Origin: Candidatus Omnitrophota bacterium
GTDB lineage: Bacteria; Omnitrophota; Gorgyraeia; Tantalellales; Tantalellaceae
DNA: 64,000 nucleotides
Direction: 5' to 3'
Assembly (NCBI GenBank): GCA_015231405.1
Contig: JADGBR010000009.1
Location: forward strand, 25,423-89,422
In this document: in pieces, positions 46,971-58,900 of the stretch
Position numbering within the stretch: the first letter of the stretch is position 1
Layout of the letters: every line of letters begins with the position of its first letter
Translations under genes and position numbers: made by a program
Notes under the pieces: generated by a model
Database searches by the model: none
Told to the model about the DNA's origin: nothing
Seen by the model: only the letters and a program-made list of their open reading frames with translations

Positions 46971-49900
46971 TTACGCTCTTGTCAAGATCTCCTGATACCT
47001 TTTGAACTCATTTTTGAGTTCCTCAATATTTATGGCCTCTATCTTTCTGACAAAGATAAAGTGTCCAAAAGCGTTCATGGTCAACCCCTTGATCGTCACC
47101 TTAGCCTTATCCCCTTTGACCGAAAGGAGTTTAAGCGTGGCGTCAAGCACTTCGCTTGTCGCGATATCGTTATATTCCATGTATATCGCGCCTTCGGGCA
47201 TACGCCTTTCGCGCCTTGTTTTTGATATCATATCCACAACAGCCACATTACCTTTTCCGTATTGCTGAACCCTCTCGATCATTTTATTTTCGACCGCCTG
47301 ATCGTGTTCACTTCGCTTAATGATAGTCAGGTCATCCTTACGGAGAATGCTGTCTATTCCCATTTTCTTGAGTATAGCGTCTTTATCCGAGTTCAGCTTC
47401 GCTATATCCGCGTCAAGTGCCGCCGCGTCGACGGGGCTAAGACCGCTGTCTTCCATGGCTACCGTGAGGACCAGCTTGAGCTTCTTCGGATTTCTCAGCC
47501 TGAATGACTCTGCCTGTATCCTGGCTTCACCAAGGGAGCCGACCGTCATTTCAACGATACCCGGTTGCTTATTGACGTCGTCAATATAATTCATCGTCCC
47601 GGTATCCAGTTTTGTCAGGGTCTTATCGGCGATATCACAGAGGTTGAAATTATACATACTGAGATCGTTTATCTCAGCCATCATGACGGGAAGTTTTATC
47701 TCCCCGAGTATTTCTTTCCACACTCCCTTAGCCCGGGCTATCTCCTCCACGGTCTCGGGTGTCATAATGGTAAGGGCTTTAATATCCTCAGCCCGTTTTT
47801 TGAGGAAAAGCCTGGTCTCATTTATCTCTATCTGGCGCACAAGAGCACCTATGGCCTGCCGGAGCTTCCTCCTGCCCCCTATCTCCTGCTGGTCCGCCAT
47901 ACCCGCCCATAACAGATTATGCTGTCTCCTGTACGTGTCCAATATTCCCATGTTCTCTTCTTTCTCGTTCCCTTTCGGGAGCGCGAGCACTTTAACGCTG
48001 CCCAATCCGGTCGAAGCCATATACTTATCCAATTCCGCCTGAGTGCTGTCAGTCTCCACCCCTATGACCATGCTCTCTACGCTCGTTCCAGCGAGACCCT
48101 GAGCCTGCTCAGCGTTGCGAAGCCGCGTCACTTCCTGGTTCGCCAGATATGCCGCGCCCATGGCCTGAGCGAAAGCGTTGACCGACGGGTCGTTCCCCGC
48201 AAGCTCCTCCGCAAGCATGATCTCGAGATCCGCTATTTCCGGATAGGAATCGTTAAGCACCCGGTGGATCCTGCCCTTATCGCGTCCGTTCCCAAGCATT
48301 ATGCGGTTGCCCTCAGGGCTTTCAAAACACCGCCCGGTCACGACAACAGTACGTATGAGGTCCCTGTGGTCGTAATAATCGCTTATCTCCGCGAGAAAGG
48401 AAGCCATATACAAACCCATTTCGTCATATATCTCCCTGACGATGTCGGCGCCCGGGAGATTCTCGTTCAGGATCTTCTGCACGTATTTCAGCTGCTGCGC
48501 CCTTCCCGCGCTCTTAACGGGTCCGAGGTCCAACCCTTTTTCCTTGGCCAGTATCATTATATTTTTCTGCGATAGATACAACGCCGCTATGCCGGTCGGC
48601 GTGCCTGGAAATTTCTCATACGAAACCTCGTTATCTTTACGCATATCTATTATCATCCTGCTCGCGTAAGTCCGGAGGTTCCCCAGAACACCCGAATGAG
48701 GCACATATCCCCCGGCAAGCGAAGTCCCGAGAGCCAGCGCCAGGACATTGCCGCGGTTGAGTTCCACGGAAGCCCAGAAAGCCCCGACATCTCCGTCATT
48801 CTTGATCACTACGGGAACTCCTCCCAGAGAAATTTTTAGAGTATCCGCCATAGGCGTAACTATTTCGTTGAATTCCTCCTTCGTAAGTCCTTTGGTCTTA
48901 GCTGTGTCGCCACCTACGATGAGATTATCGACTATTATGTCCGGCCAGCTTATCCCAACTCCCGCCAATATCTTCTGTTTCTCTCCCGATGCCGAATACA
49001 GCCTGCTCTTTATGTACTCGTTCTCCCCGGCCCGTTCTATGATGCTTCTGATCTTCACGATCGACGCTTCGGAAGCGGCTTCATTCTCAGCCGATGACAC
49101 ATCGGAACGGTAGCTTACGCTGTCTATCTCTTTTTCAAGAACATCCAGCTCCTGGTCAGGCTGGGTCCGCTGGCTAAGTATGGCCTTTAGTTCCATGATA
49201 TAGATCAGATCTCTCATGGTATCGACGTGCTCGGTGCTGCCTTTCGTGAAATTTTCCGGAGCCCAGTTGTATTTTTTATAGAATATGATGTCCTTACCTT
49301 TGTAAAGGAGAAGTTTCACATCCGATCCTCCGACATCAACTCCGGCCATGAAATCGCCGGGGGCGATATTTTTTAAACCTTTGAGGTTCAGGTCGCGCGC
49401 TTCCTGCATATTCTCCCTGCGTACCTTTATTCCTTTAGCCTTGATACTATCCATCCTGGACAGTTCTTCCCGGGTGACGGCGCGTATGAACTGGAACTCA
49501 TACCCGCCCAGGTTGATCTCGGCCTGGGCCTTCAGATTATCGCTCTCATCCTTCGTCAATTCGCCCTTCGAGGCTCGGTCGCCCGACAGGTATTCTCTCT
49601 CCAGCCTTTTGTACTCCTCGGATATGAATATTTGAAGCTCTTCCTCGCTATTTATGCCCATTGCCTTCCTGCGAACCACCCTATACGTGTTATTTATGGC
49701 GTCTATCGTCGGGAAGAAATCGTCCGTATACATGGCGTCTCTCGCTTCTTTGACCATGTCCGCCACAGAGTCATCGTATTTAAGGTAAACGTACTGCGGC
49801 CCTATAGCCTCCATCCTGTTCCTGAGAACTATTGTAAGATATCGGACAAGAAGTTCCCGGATTTCGGGCATTTCGTTCGAATTCACGGGTAAAGGGACAA

Positions 49901-52900
49901 CGAACCGCTGAGAACCATCCTTGCCCATATCAAAAACTATCTCGACATCTTTCATATATTCCCGATAACGTCCTCTGGCCTCGCGCATGACCGAATGCCA
50001 GTACGTTACCGGCTTGAAACCCTTGCCGTATCTCTGATCGTAAGTTCTCAACCTGTCGCTAAAGAATTGCCGCATATTGGCCTCGCTTGAAAGCTCTATG
50101 CTGAGATGCAGAGCCTTGACATAATCCCATATCATGGTGTACATCGCCTTGATATGGGTGAGCAATCCCATACCCATGAAAGAAGGAGCCATTTCATGCG
50201 CCAAAATGGACCTGGCGAGCGAATTATGAGTGTTTGTCATATCGACGAGCGCGAATATCTGGTCATCGCTGAGAAGAGAGGTCGTTCCGACCTCTGCGGG
50301 CTGGCCCAGATACGCTCTTCCCGAGGCGGCCGTCCGGAGCATATTGACCTTCTCCGCCCTGTCTTTCGAGTTACCGACAAGATCATTTATTTGTTCATGG
50401 GTCAGTTTCAGTTTCGACGTCATTATGGGCGTGACCATCGCGTCCTTTAAATGGGTCATCCATCGTACTTTGCCGCCGGAGAACTCGCGGTCATGCTCCC
50501 ACATCTTTGCAAATACGATAATTGCCGCGTACGCGTGGAATAAGGCGGGAAGCACGAAAACCGGTATCCCGCCCCATAGAGCTATATTAACAAGAGTGTC
50601 GTCCTTAGCGGCTATGGCCCCCAATATCAGCAGAATATACGCCGTTATCCCGGCCGCCGCGTGGACAAAAGCCCCGAGCGCCCTGAACGGATGTACTGCG
50701 GACGCCGGACCCTTTCTTCCATCGGACATATTTTCTATCGCCCGGTCCAGATAGCTTCCAATTTCGTCGAATTCCCCTCCGAGATAATATAGGCCTTCGA
50801 TCTTATCAGGAGCCATTCCGCCGCGCGCCAGATCGGCATACAAGACTTCCGCTTCACGATACGCCGCTTTTCCGTGCATACCGCCGCCGATATATCTTTC
50901 GGCGACTATCGTGGCTTTAGCCAACTCCTCGGGTTTATTCAGATCGGCGGCCACGACTTTCAGATCTATCCCTGGAATGGGATTTTGCATCAGGCGCTGA
51001 GTTACCGCCAGGCCATTACCTGCCAACGCCTCGTTGTCATGATACGTTATATCGACATACCCCTCTCTGGCCTGGTGTTCTATGGCGCGGTCTTTCTGTA
51101 TCCGCTGGTAAGTCCCTATCTCGAGCGGAGCGAACGGTTCATGTCTCATCGCAACGGGATACGGGGTCCGTCCGAGGACCTGTACCATATTGAGGTCTAT
51201 CGCGTTCTTACCCGCCACTACGGGTATTATCGAGATATCGCCAAGCTCGTTCCTTTCATGCATTCCCTCGAACAATTTGACGAGAACTTTCTCGACCTCT
51301 TTACGCGCCTCCAGAACAGCCTCGTATTCTGGAGTTTTCTTTTCAGGCTTGGGTTTGTATCCAAACGGCCGGTAAAGCAGCTTGGTTATGACCCGCGGCC
51401 CGCATTTAGCCCTGAGAGGATGCCCCTCGGGCAAATCCATGGCGTAAATATTCATCTCCGGAAGGTTGGCGTATCCGCCGAAACCTTTCGCCGTTAATAT
51501 TTCCCGCTGTCTGGCAAGTGCGTGATTTAGCTCCATATACGGCTCGTGTGCCCCGTGATATGTAAGCAGATCCATGATCTTAGCAGAGACATCCGACGAA
51601 AAGCCGGCCTGAAAAGAGGGCTCGATATCCAGCTCGTATTGGCTCCTCGCGCCGCGTTTCGGCACAAGCTTTGTCGCGCTTGTATCCAGAAAGAGGTCAA
51701 AAAGGTCCGTGAGGATGTCGTCGGCGACATCCTCAATGGACGCGTCCCAATTCTCGGTCGAAACATTGGCTATCATGGCGTCCCTTAAAGGGGTGTACAG
51801 CTCAAGGCCCGTTTCGCCCGTGAGCGAATTTTTTACCGTCCTTAATTCTTCAAGAGCTTTGGCGGTATTAATGCCGACTTTCCTGCCAAGCGCTATCATC
51901 GCGGCTAGCCGCCTTGCCGAATCATCGCTAAGGCTGGTTTCGCCTTTATCGAGAGTATCGTCCTTGTCAAAATCAAAAACAGGCGTCGCGGCGTTGATAA
52001 GCTTACCCCGTTTCCCGTCCTCTTTAACGAACGGGACACGGCCATAATAGGTCTTCTTACCATCTCTATTCTGGCGGAGGTCCGGAGCCCCCGTGAGCCT
52101 AATGATACGCGAATAGAACCAGTGGTCCTCTTCGTCTTTCAGCCCCTTACCGAGTTCTTCCAGAATAGCACTGATCGTCTCTGGATAGGTCCCTAAGCCC
52201 TCAAAACGGCCGCTTATCAAATCCAGATCTTTTTCCGCAAAACGGAACACACCGGAAACGGACCTCGATCTCGGCGTCTTAGGTTTTTCCGCGAACAGAC
52301 TGGTAGCGGCTGACCACCCTTTGCCTCCTTCGTGAAGATACCTAAAGCTCTTGACACCGAGGACCTCCATCCCGGAATCCTCGACAAACTCCTGAAAGCG
52401 CGGCCCGCTGACATGCTGGACAACGGTCTGTATGCTAACGATCCCGGCGTCAAGCGCTTCCATGAACTGATCAGCCGTATAGGATTTTTCGGTAAAGAAC
52501 TCATCATATGTCATATCCCTTATTACGTCCGGCACGGCGGCTTTTGTCTTGGAAAATTCCCAGTCCTGCCGGCTATAGTTCCTTTTCTGGAGGATTATCA
52601 AAGCGTCCTCGTTGCGTGATAGATCGGCTGAGGCGACAAAGTTCCGCATTACCGTATCCGCGTTTAAATATTCCGGTAAAGTGCCTCTTTCATTCATCCT
52701 TCTCAGGACTTCGGCGTGTACCGCGTATCGTCTTGATATCGCCAGGTTCCTCAATTTCACATTCTCGTCCTTTTCGGATAACTCAGGAGCTATCTTAAGA
52801 AAATCCAGGCCTGAAAAATATCCGCCCGGCTTAAGTACCCTGTATATCTCGCTGAGAACCTTTCTTTTCATGTTGTCATCAAGGAGAGTGCTGTATACCC

Positions 52901-55900
52901 TGTGAATAGTGACACCGTCGACGCTGTTATCTTCCAACGGTATACGCCCGTCTTCCTTTATAAGGCTGTATACCACGAACGGCTTTTTTGTTTTGCTAGC
53001 AATGGCTTTCGCCTGGTCGATCCATTGTTTAGTTATGTTCTCGACACCGGTCGCTAAGCTCCTCAATCCGTAAATTTTTGCCATTTCGGAAGCTTTAGCC
53101 AGATACCTGACTGAAATGTCGACCCCGATGCAGTTCACACCCTTTGAGACGAGCCAGTTGCTTTGTTCACCCGAACCGCAGCCGAATTCGAGAACGACAT
53201 TGGAAGCGCCTTTTTCACGGCCAAAAAGCCGCCTAAAGAACCTTTCAATAGGATCGCCAGCCAACCTGCTAAGCATTTCAAACGGCCTTGCCTGGACGGC
53301 GTCCTGTATCCCCGCCTTGTCCTCTCCCACGGCGGCAAGTTCCATTTCTCTTCCCTTTAATGTCATGTCAGGCTCAGGCCTTTCAGGACGGAAAGAACGA
53401 TTGGTGGTCTTTTTTATCCAGCGCTTAATGTCCCTCGCGGCGCCTTTCGGATCACTTTGTATTTTTTCCCACATCCGAGGAGAAGAACAAATGCCATTAC
53501 CATAGTGATATGACACCGCCCCGGATTGCTTTACTCCAAGGACGGTCATGGTGCTGTTATCCGTCACGGGCTTGAAAAATACCTCGTATTTCCCATCCCC
53601 CTTTACCCTGAAACTTATTATGTAAGGCTTGACAGATTCGTTAAGTTCGTCGATCCAATATGAGAGGATACCGGCGATCTGGGTCTTGCTCCAGCCCGTC
53701 AGTAACACACCTGCGTTCCAGTTATCAAGTTCGCTCACCTCGACGTCGCCTATCTCCCGGATATTCTTCTTCCTTATCTTCCCCGCGGCTCCGTCTTCCG
53801 CATCAAGTCCTTCCCAAATGGACGAGCTTTTTCGGTAATAATGCGCGTGAAAATGCCCCACTGAGCCGTGAGGCCGTGTATTGAAGAAGCCCTCGAATTC
53901 GGGACCAAGATTATCAGCGAACGTGAGTGAATCCACCAGCTTATCCCTGTTAAGGGTCTGGGGTGAAGCCTCTTCCGTGGCAAGCAGGATATGGTCCCGG
54001 AAGGTCACGTTCATATTTATCCAACTGACGTATTTTCTCGGAGTAGGGACCCCGTCCTCGCTGAAACTTGACTTAAAAAGCGCGTAATCGCTGAATTTTT
54101 TCAACTGGCAGGCCCAGCATCTTCTTGCGCCTTTCTGGGTAAAAGTAAATTCCTGGTGATCACGGAACATTTCTTCCGTCATTTCGGTGGGCCGGGCCGG
54201 TTTATATTGTCCTCTCCCGGGAATATATGTTATTGACGTTTTCGCCCCGTTACCCATATCCAGCTGGATAGTTTCGGGATCATAAGGGTATGGCATGACT
54301 CCCGAATCGTAAACTTGTTTCACCCTCATTGACACGAAATCGGCTAAGGCATTATCCGGCGGGCCTCTTGAATCCACCCCAAAATTGAATTCTTTAAGGC
54401 TTCTGGTGATCTTCTCCCGGCGGTAGTATTCGCTGACCTCGTTGACCGCGGCATCTTCATTCCCGTTGATATTCGCTACCAGGTAATGGAAGTCTTTCCA
54501 TCTTCTCAATTCCCTGACACCGCGGCTCATCCTTTCTTGGATGCCGCGATTAGCGGCTATGACAGCTTCTCCGGGCTCTGCGCCACCGTATTCTTCTCTC
54601 ACCAACCTTTCTTTAAGGACCCTTGTCGCTTCTTCAAGTGCTGCCGGCTCAATACGACCGGTATCGGGCATCCTTCTTGTCAGGCGATCTATAGCTATGG
54701 GCGATACATACACGTCGACGATATTTCCCGGGTACGTTTCCCTGACGACCTTGGCGCCTTCCACATCGATATCCACGATCACGTCTTTACCGGAGCTGAT
54801 CGCGCTGTCTATTTCATCCTTAACTATACCGTATCTCATGTCCCCGAACTTGACCGTATGGAAGAATTTATTTGTGTCCGCCATTTTCTCGAACTCGGCT
54901 TCCGAAATAAATTTATGGTCTCGACCTTCGACCTCGCCTTCCCGCGGCGCCCTTGTGGTGTACGAAACGACCCTAACGGCGTTTGGATGAGTTTCGGCGA
55001 ACCTGTTAAGCATCCTCCTTTTTCCTACTCCTGATGGTCCGGAAAAAACGAGTATTATAGGGTTACTTTTTATCTGCTCTTCGGTTGGCGTGGCCAAGGC
55101 GCGTTCAAGCTCAGGCGCTATTGTAATTTCTTTAGGCTCAGGTTTTGCCGGGACCTTCTTCAAAGGGAAAGCCACCCTTATGAACTTATAAACGACCAGT
55201 ACGACGATGACCAGTAATATTCCCGTCAATAAACCGGACCCGAAAAATGGGATCACACTGCCGGATAAGATCTCCCCGCTTGTCTTTTTCATTGATAATT
55301 CAGCTATTTGAGAGATCACCTCTCTCCTACCGCCCCCTCTTGCCACGCCGGCGGCGAAATATACGCCCAGGCCGGCCAATAAACCTATCAGCCGCCTTAT
55401 GATCCTTGTCCTCCAGGCGGCCCTGTTCATGTCCCTCTCCTTAAGCTCGGCTTTTTTAGCTTTGATCTCAGAGATAAGACGGTCTATTATAGCGGCCTGG
55501 TCCCAGAATACGTTCGACATGACTATCGAGAACTCGCCGAACTTTTTTGTCTCGTTTATTACGGAATCAAGCCTGGCCCCGATATTATCGTCCACGAGGG
55601 GCCTTATCGCTTCCGGCAGAGCGCCTGTTTCGTTAAGGGCTTTCTCTATTACTTCCGGCTCTGGGATGTCTTGATTATCAGGAAACGTTCTGGTCAATAT
55701 CCTGTAAATAAGCACTGCCCTGACAGCGTTCTCCGACTCTTTGGACAAGGTGCCGGCCGTATCTCCTTCCTCGAGTCTATCAGTCGCTATCGGAGATATG
55801 AAAAGGTCAACTATCCTGTCAGAATAGGTATTCCTTACCGCTGCGGCGCCTGCGGCGTCAAGGTCGATAAGCGCGTCCTTGCCCTCGGCAAGTATCTCAT

Positions 55901-58900
55901 CGATAGAGTCACGGGTAACACCGTAAAAGTTCCCTCCGAAATCGATCCACTGGAGGAATTTTCCCTCATCTCTCATCTTCTCGAACTCGGCCCTATCTAT
56001 GAAACGATGTTCGCGGCCGTCTTGTTCGGTTGGTCTTACGGTACGGGTCGTATAGCTGACCACCCTTTGAGCGTTAGGATACCTTTCAAAAATGCCCTTT
56101 ATGCCCCTCCCCGGGTGCCCATCGATGACAGTGCCTTTTCCTACGCCTGAAGGGCCGGATACCGTTATCACAACAGGGCAGTCCGGATCGCCTTGGATTT
56201 TAGAGTGCCTGCGGGTGCGTTCCCCCGAGAATCTCTTGTTAACAAGGACGAGGACCAGAGCGAACAATACGGCTCCTCCTAATATCACGAGCGGCAGATG
56301 GTTTTGGGCTATTTGTGCCAGCAATCCCGAGGATCCGCCGGATGCGGCCTGTACGGCGCTCATGTCCTGGCCTGTAATAAGCGTCCTGAACGCGTCAGCC
56401 ACCGGCGCGGCTTTTACGGCGGAAAGCCCGAAATATTTTTTCGCGTAATACGCAGGCATCAAAAAGCACAGGTACAGTATAGTGAAGAATGCGAAACCGT
56501 ATGTCCATAACTGCCGGAACCCGGAATGCCTCATGTACAGGTAGAACTTATCCCACTTCTCGGAATAGAAGTGCCATAACTCCTTATCGGGTCTCAGCTG
56601 CTGCTGGGCATATATCCGCTGAGGTAAGCGGTCAAGCCCGACTGGAAGGACCTTTTCGGTATACGGCCAGACATTATCGAGCCTGTTCCTTATCTGATAC
56701 CAGACCAGGCGCGCCGCGGCGTTCAGGTTGACAAAATACAGCGGCATGTAGAACGCTTTTGAAATGTAATAAATATAGAAATACGGCATTCGCCCTACAG
56801 GCAGATACCACTTGAAAAGCTGGAACAGTATTACGGTGCCAATAAGCATAACGCCGGGTACCATGAGCGTTAAGAACATATATGTCTGGACCATAAAAAC
56901 CGCGTTAAGCACGAGGACCGCGCCCAGGACGAAAGTCAGGAGCCCGGGACGGAACTGGCCTCTAGAGAATTTATTCATCTCGGCTTCAAGAGTTCCTATC
57001 CTGGTCCTGATAGACTCGGCGATAAGCGCCCTCCCCCTCTGAACGGCGCCGTTCACGTTAAGGGCCGGACTTGAATAATAGTCGGAGAGAAGGTCAGCGA
57101 AGAAGGTAGACCTTCCTCCGTCCCTTTTTTGTTTGTCAAAATCCCTGTCGCCATGTAAAAGCCACTTTCTCAGCATGGTAATTACCTGCCGGCTCGATCT
57201 TTTCTTCTCGGCGGGGGTAATATCACCTCTCAGGTTAATTGCCGTTATCTCAAGAGCTGCGTCTTCCAGGTATTTCAGGTCTTTAGTGACCCAGTTGGTC
57301 ACATCGTCCTGTTGAAACCCACCGGTCGCGCCGGACTCCACCTTTGCCAGGTCGTTTCTAAACTCTTCCAGCCGGTCGCTGTAGAAATCGGATATACCTT
57401 TCGATATCTTCTCGGTCCCTCCCAGCTTATTCTTAAAAAGCGCCGTCACGTTGTGGTATACCTGATAAAAATAGAACGTCATCATTATCGTGACACCTAC
57501 GGACGCGGAGGCTATGAACCATATATCCCACGGAAGCCACGTCTTCATGGTTTCCGAGAAGACATGCACAAGCCCGGACAACCCCGACGAATCGCGCGCG
57601 AGCATGCTTGAAAGCGGCATACCGCTGAATACCGCGACTTTCCCGAGTATTTCAGCGCCTACAAAAGCCAGAAAGTAGAAAAATGTAACGGCGAAACTGA
57701 GCGCCGTGAAGATCGTTGATGTAAATCCCGAATCGAGGAGGATATTGATGAAGAAGTTCCCCCATCCTATCTGTTTTATCCTATTCTCGACCTGTTCAGG
57801 CTGTTCTATGAATCCCAGTCTGCAGAGTAACAGAGTAAATCCCCTCGACGCCGCATAACCCAGTAATAGCCCCGCTATGGCTCCCAGCAATGTCCCCGTT
57901 AGACCTACCGCGATACCCGTTCTTAAGCCCAGTATGCCTCCGACTATACCCGCGAAACCATACGTGAAAATAGGTATTGTCAAACTGAAAGAAGCCCCAA
58001 GGATAGCCGCGGAAGACACGATCATGATCCACCTGGACCTCTGTCCATGCCACGCGAATCCCATAGGCCCGGCCTGTTCCAGGACGGATGAACCCATATC
58101 GGTGTAGTAGTATACCCTCTTCCCCCTCTGGGTCACTCTCATGCCCAGAGCCTTGTCCTCGGTAGTATCGTCGCGCGGATGCATCCCCAGGGGTTTAAGC
58201 CCGGAGAGTTCGGCCATCATGATAAGCATGCGCCCTTTTTCAGCCGTCGCAAGGTTCTCGTGCACGTCAACCCTTGCCGCTTCGAGTATATCCTCCACCT
58301 TTCCCCTGGCCGTCCTGGTACCGTCATTCTCATATCCAAGCATCGACCTCGACTCGAACCAGTTGGAAAGCCCGTCCAGGTGGAACACGGTATGGGTCTG
58401 TGCCATACGCATGATAAAATCCCATCCTCTTTCCCTGGCTACACGAACAAGCGACGATGAGAAAATAAAAGCGCCATAGTATCCTATTATCGGCAGAAAC
58501 ACGGCGTTCGCCAGCACTATGACGCTGAGGCTGAACGCGGATATCGTCAGGGTCGATCCGATAAGACCCAGGACTATGCCAAGGATCGTGGCGATGATCG
58601 CGATCGGCGTTCTGGGCGCCACTAGTCCGAATTTAACCGGGCCCCAGCCGTTATAGTCCAGAAAGAAGGATTTGTTAAGGCCGTAAGGCATCTGTATCGG
58701 GATCCCCTGCATGACGGACGGACCCTCCCTTTCCCTCATTTCCTCAAATATGTATTCCTCTTTGCTTTTGTAAACTCCCGTTTCGCGGTCAAATATCTTA
58801 ACCATCATATCGCCGACAGGGTCGCCTGGCCTCGCTTTCTCCGCCATCTTCGAATATTTATCATACTCTTTTGAGATCTTCATGCCGGCGTACAGATCTA

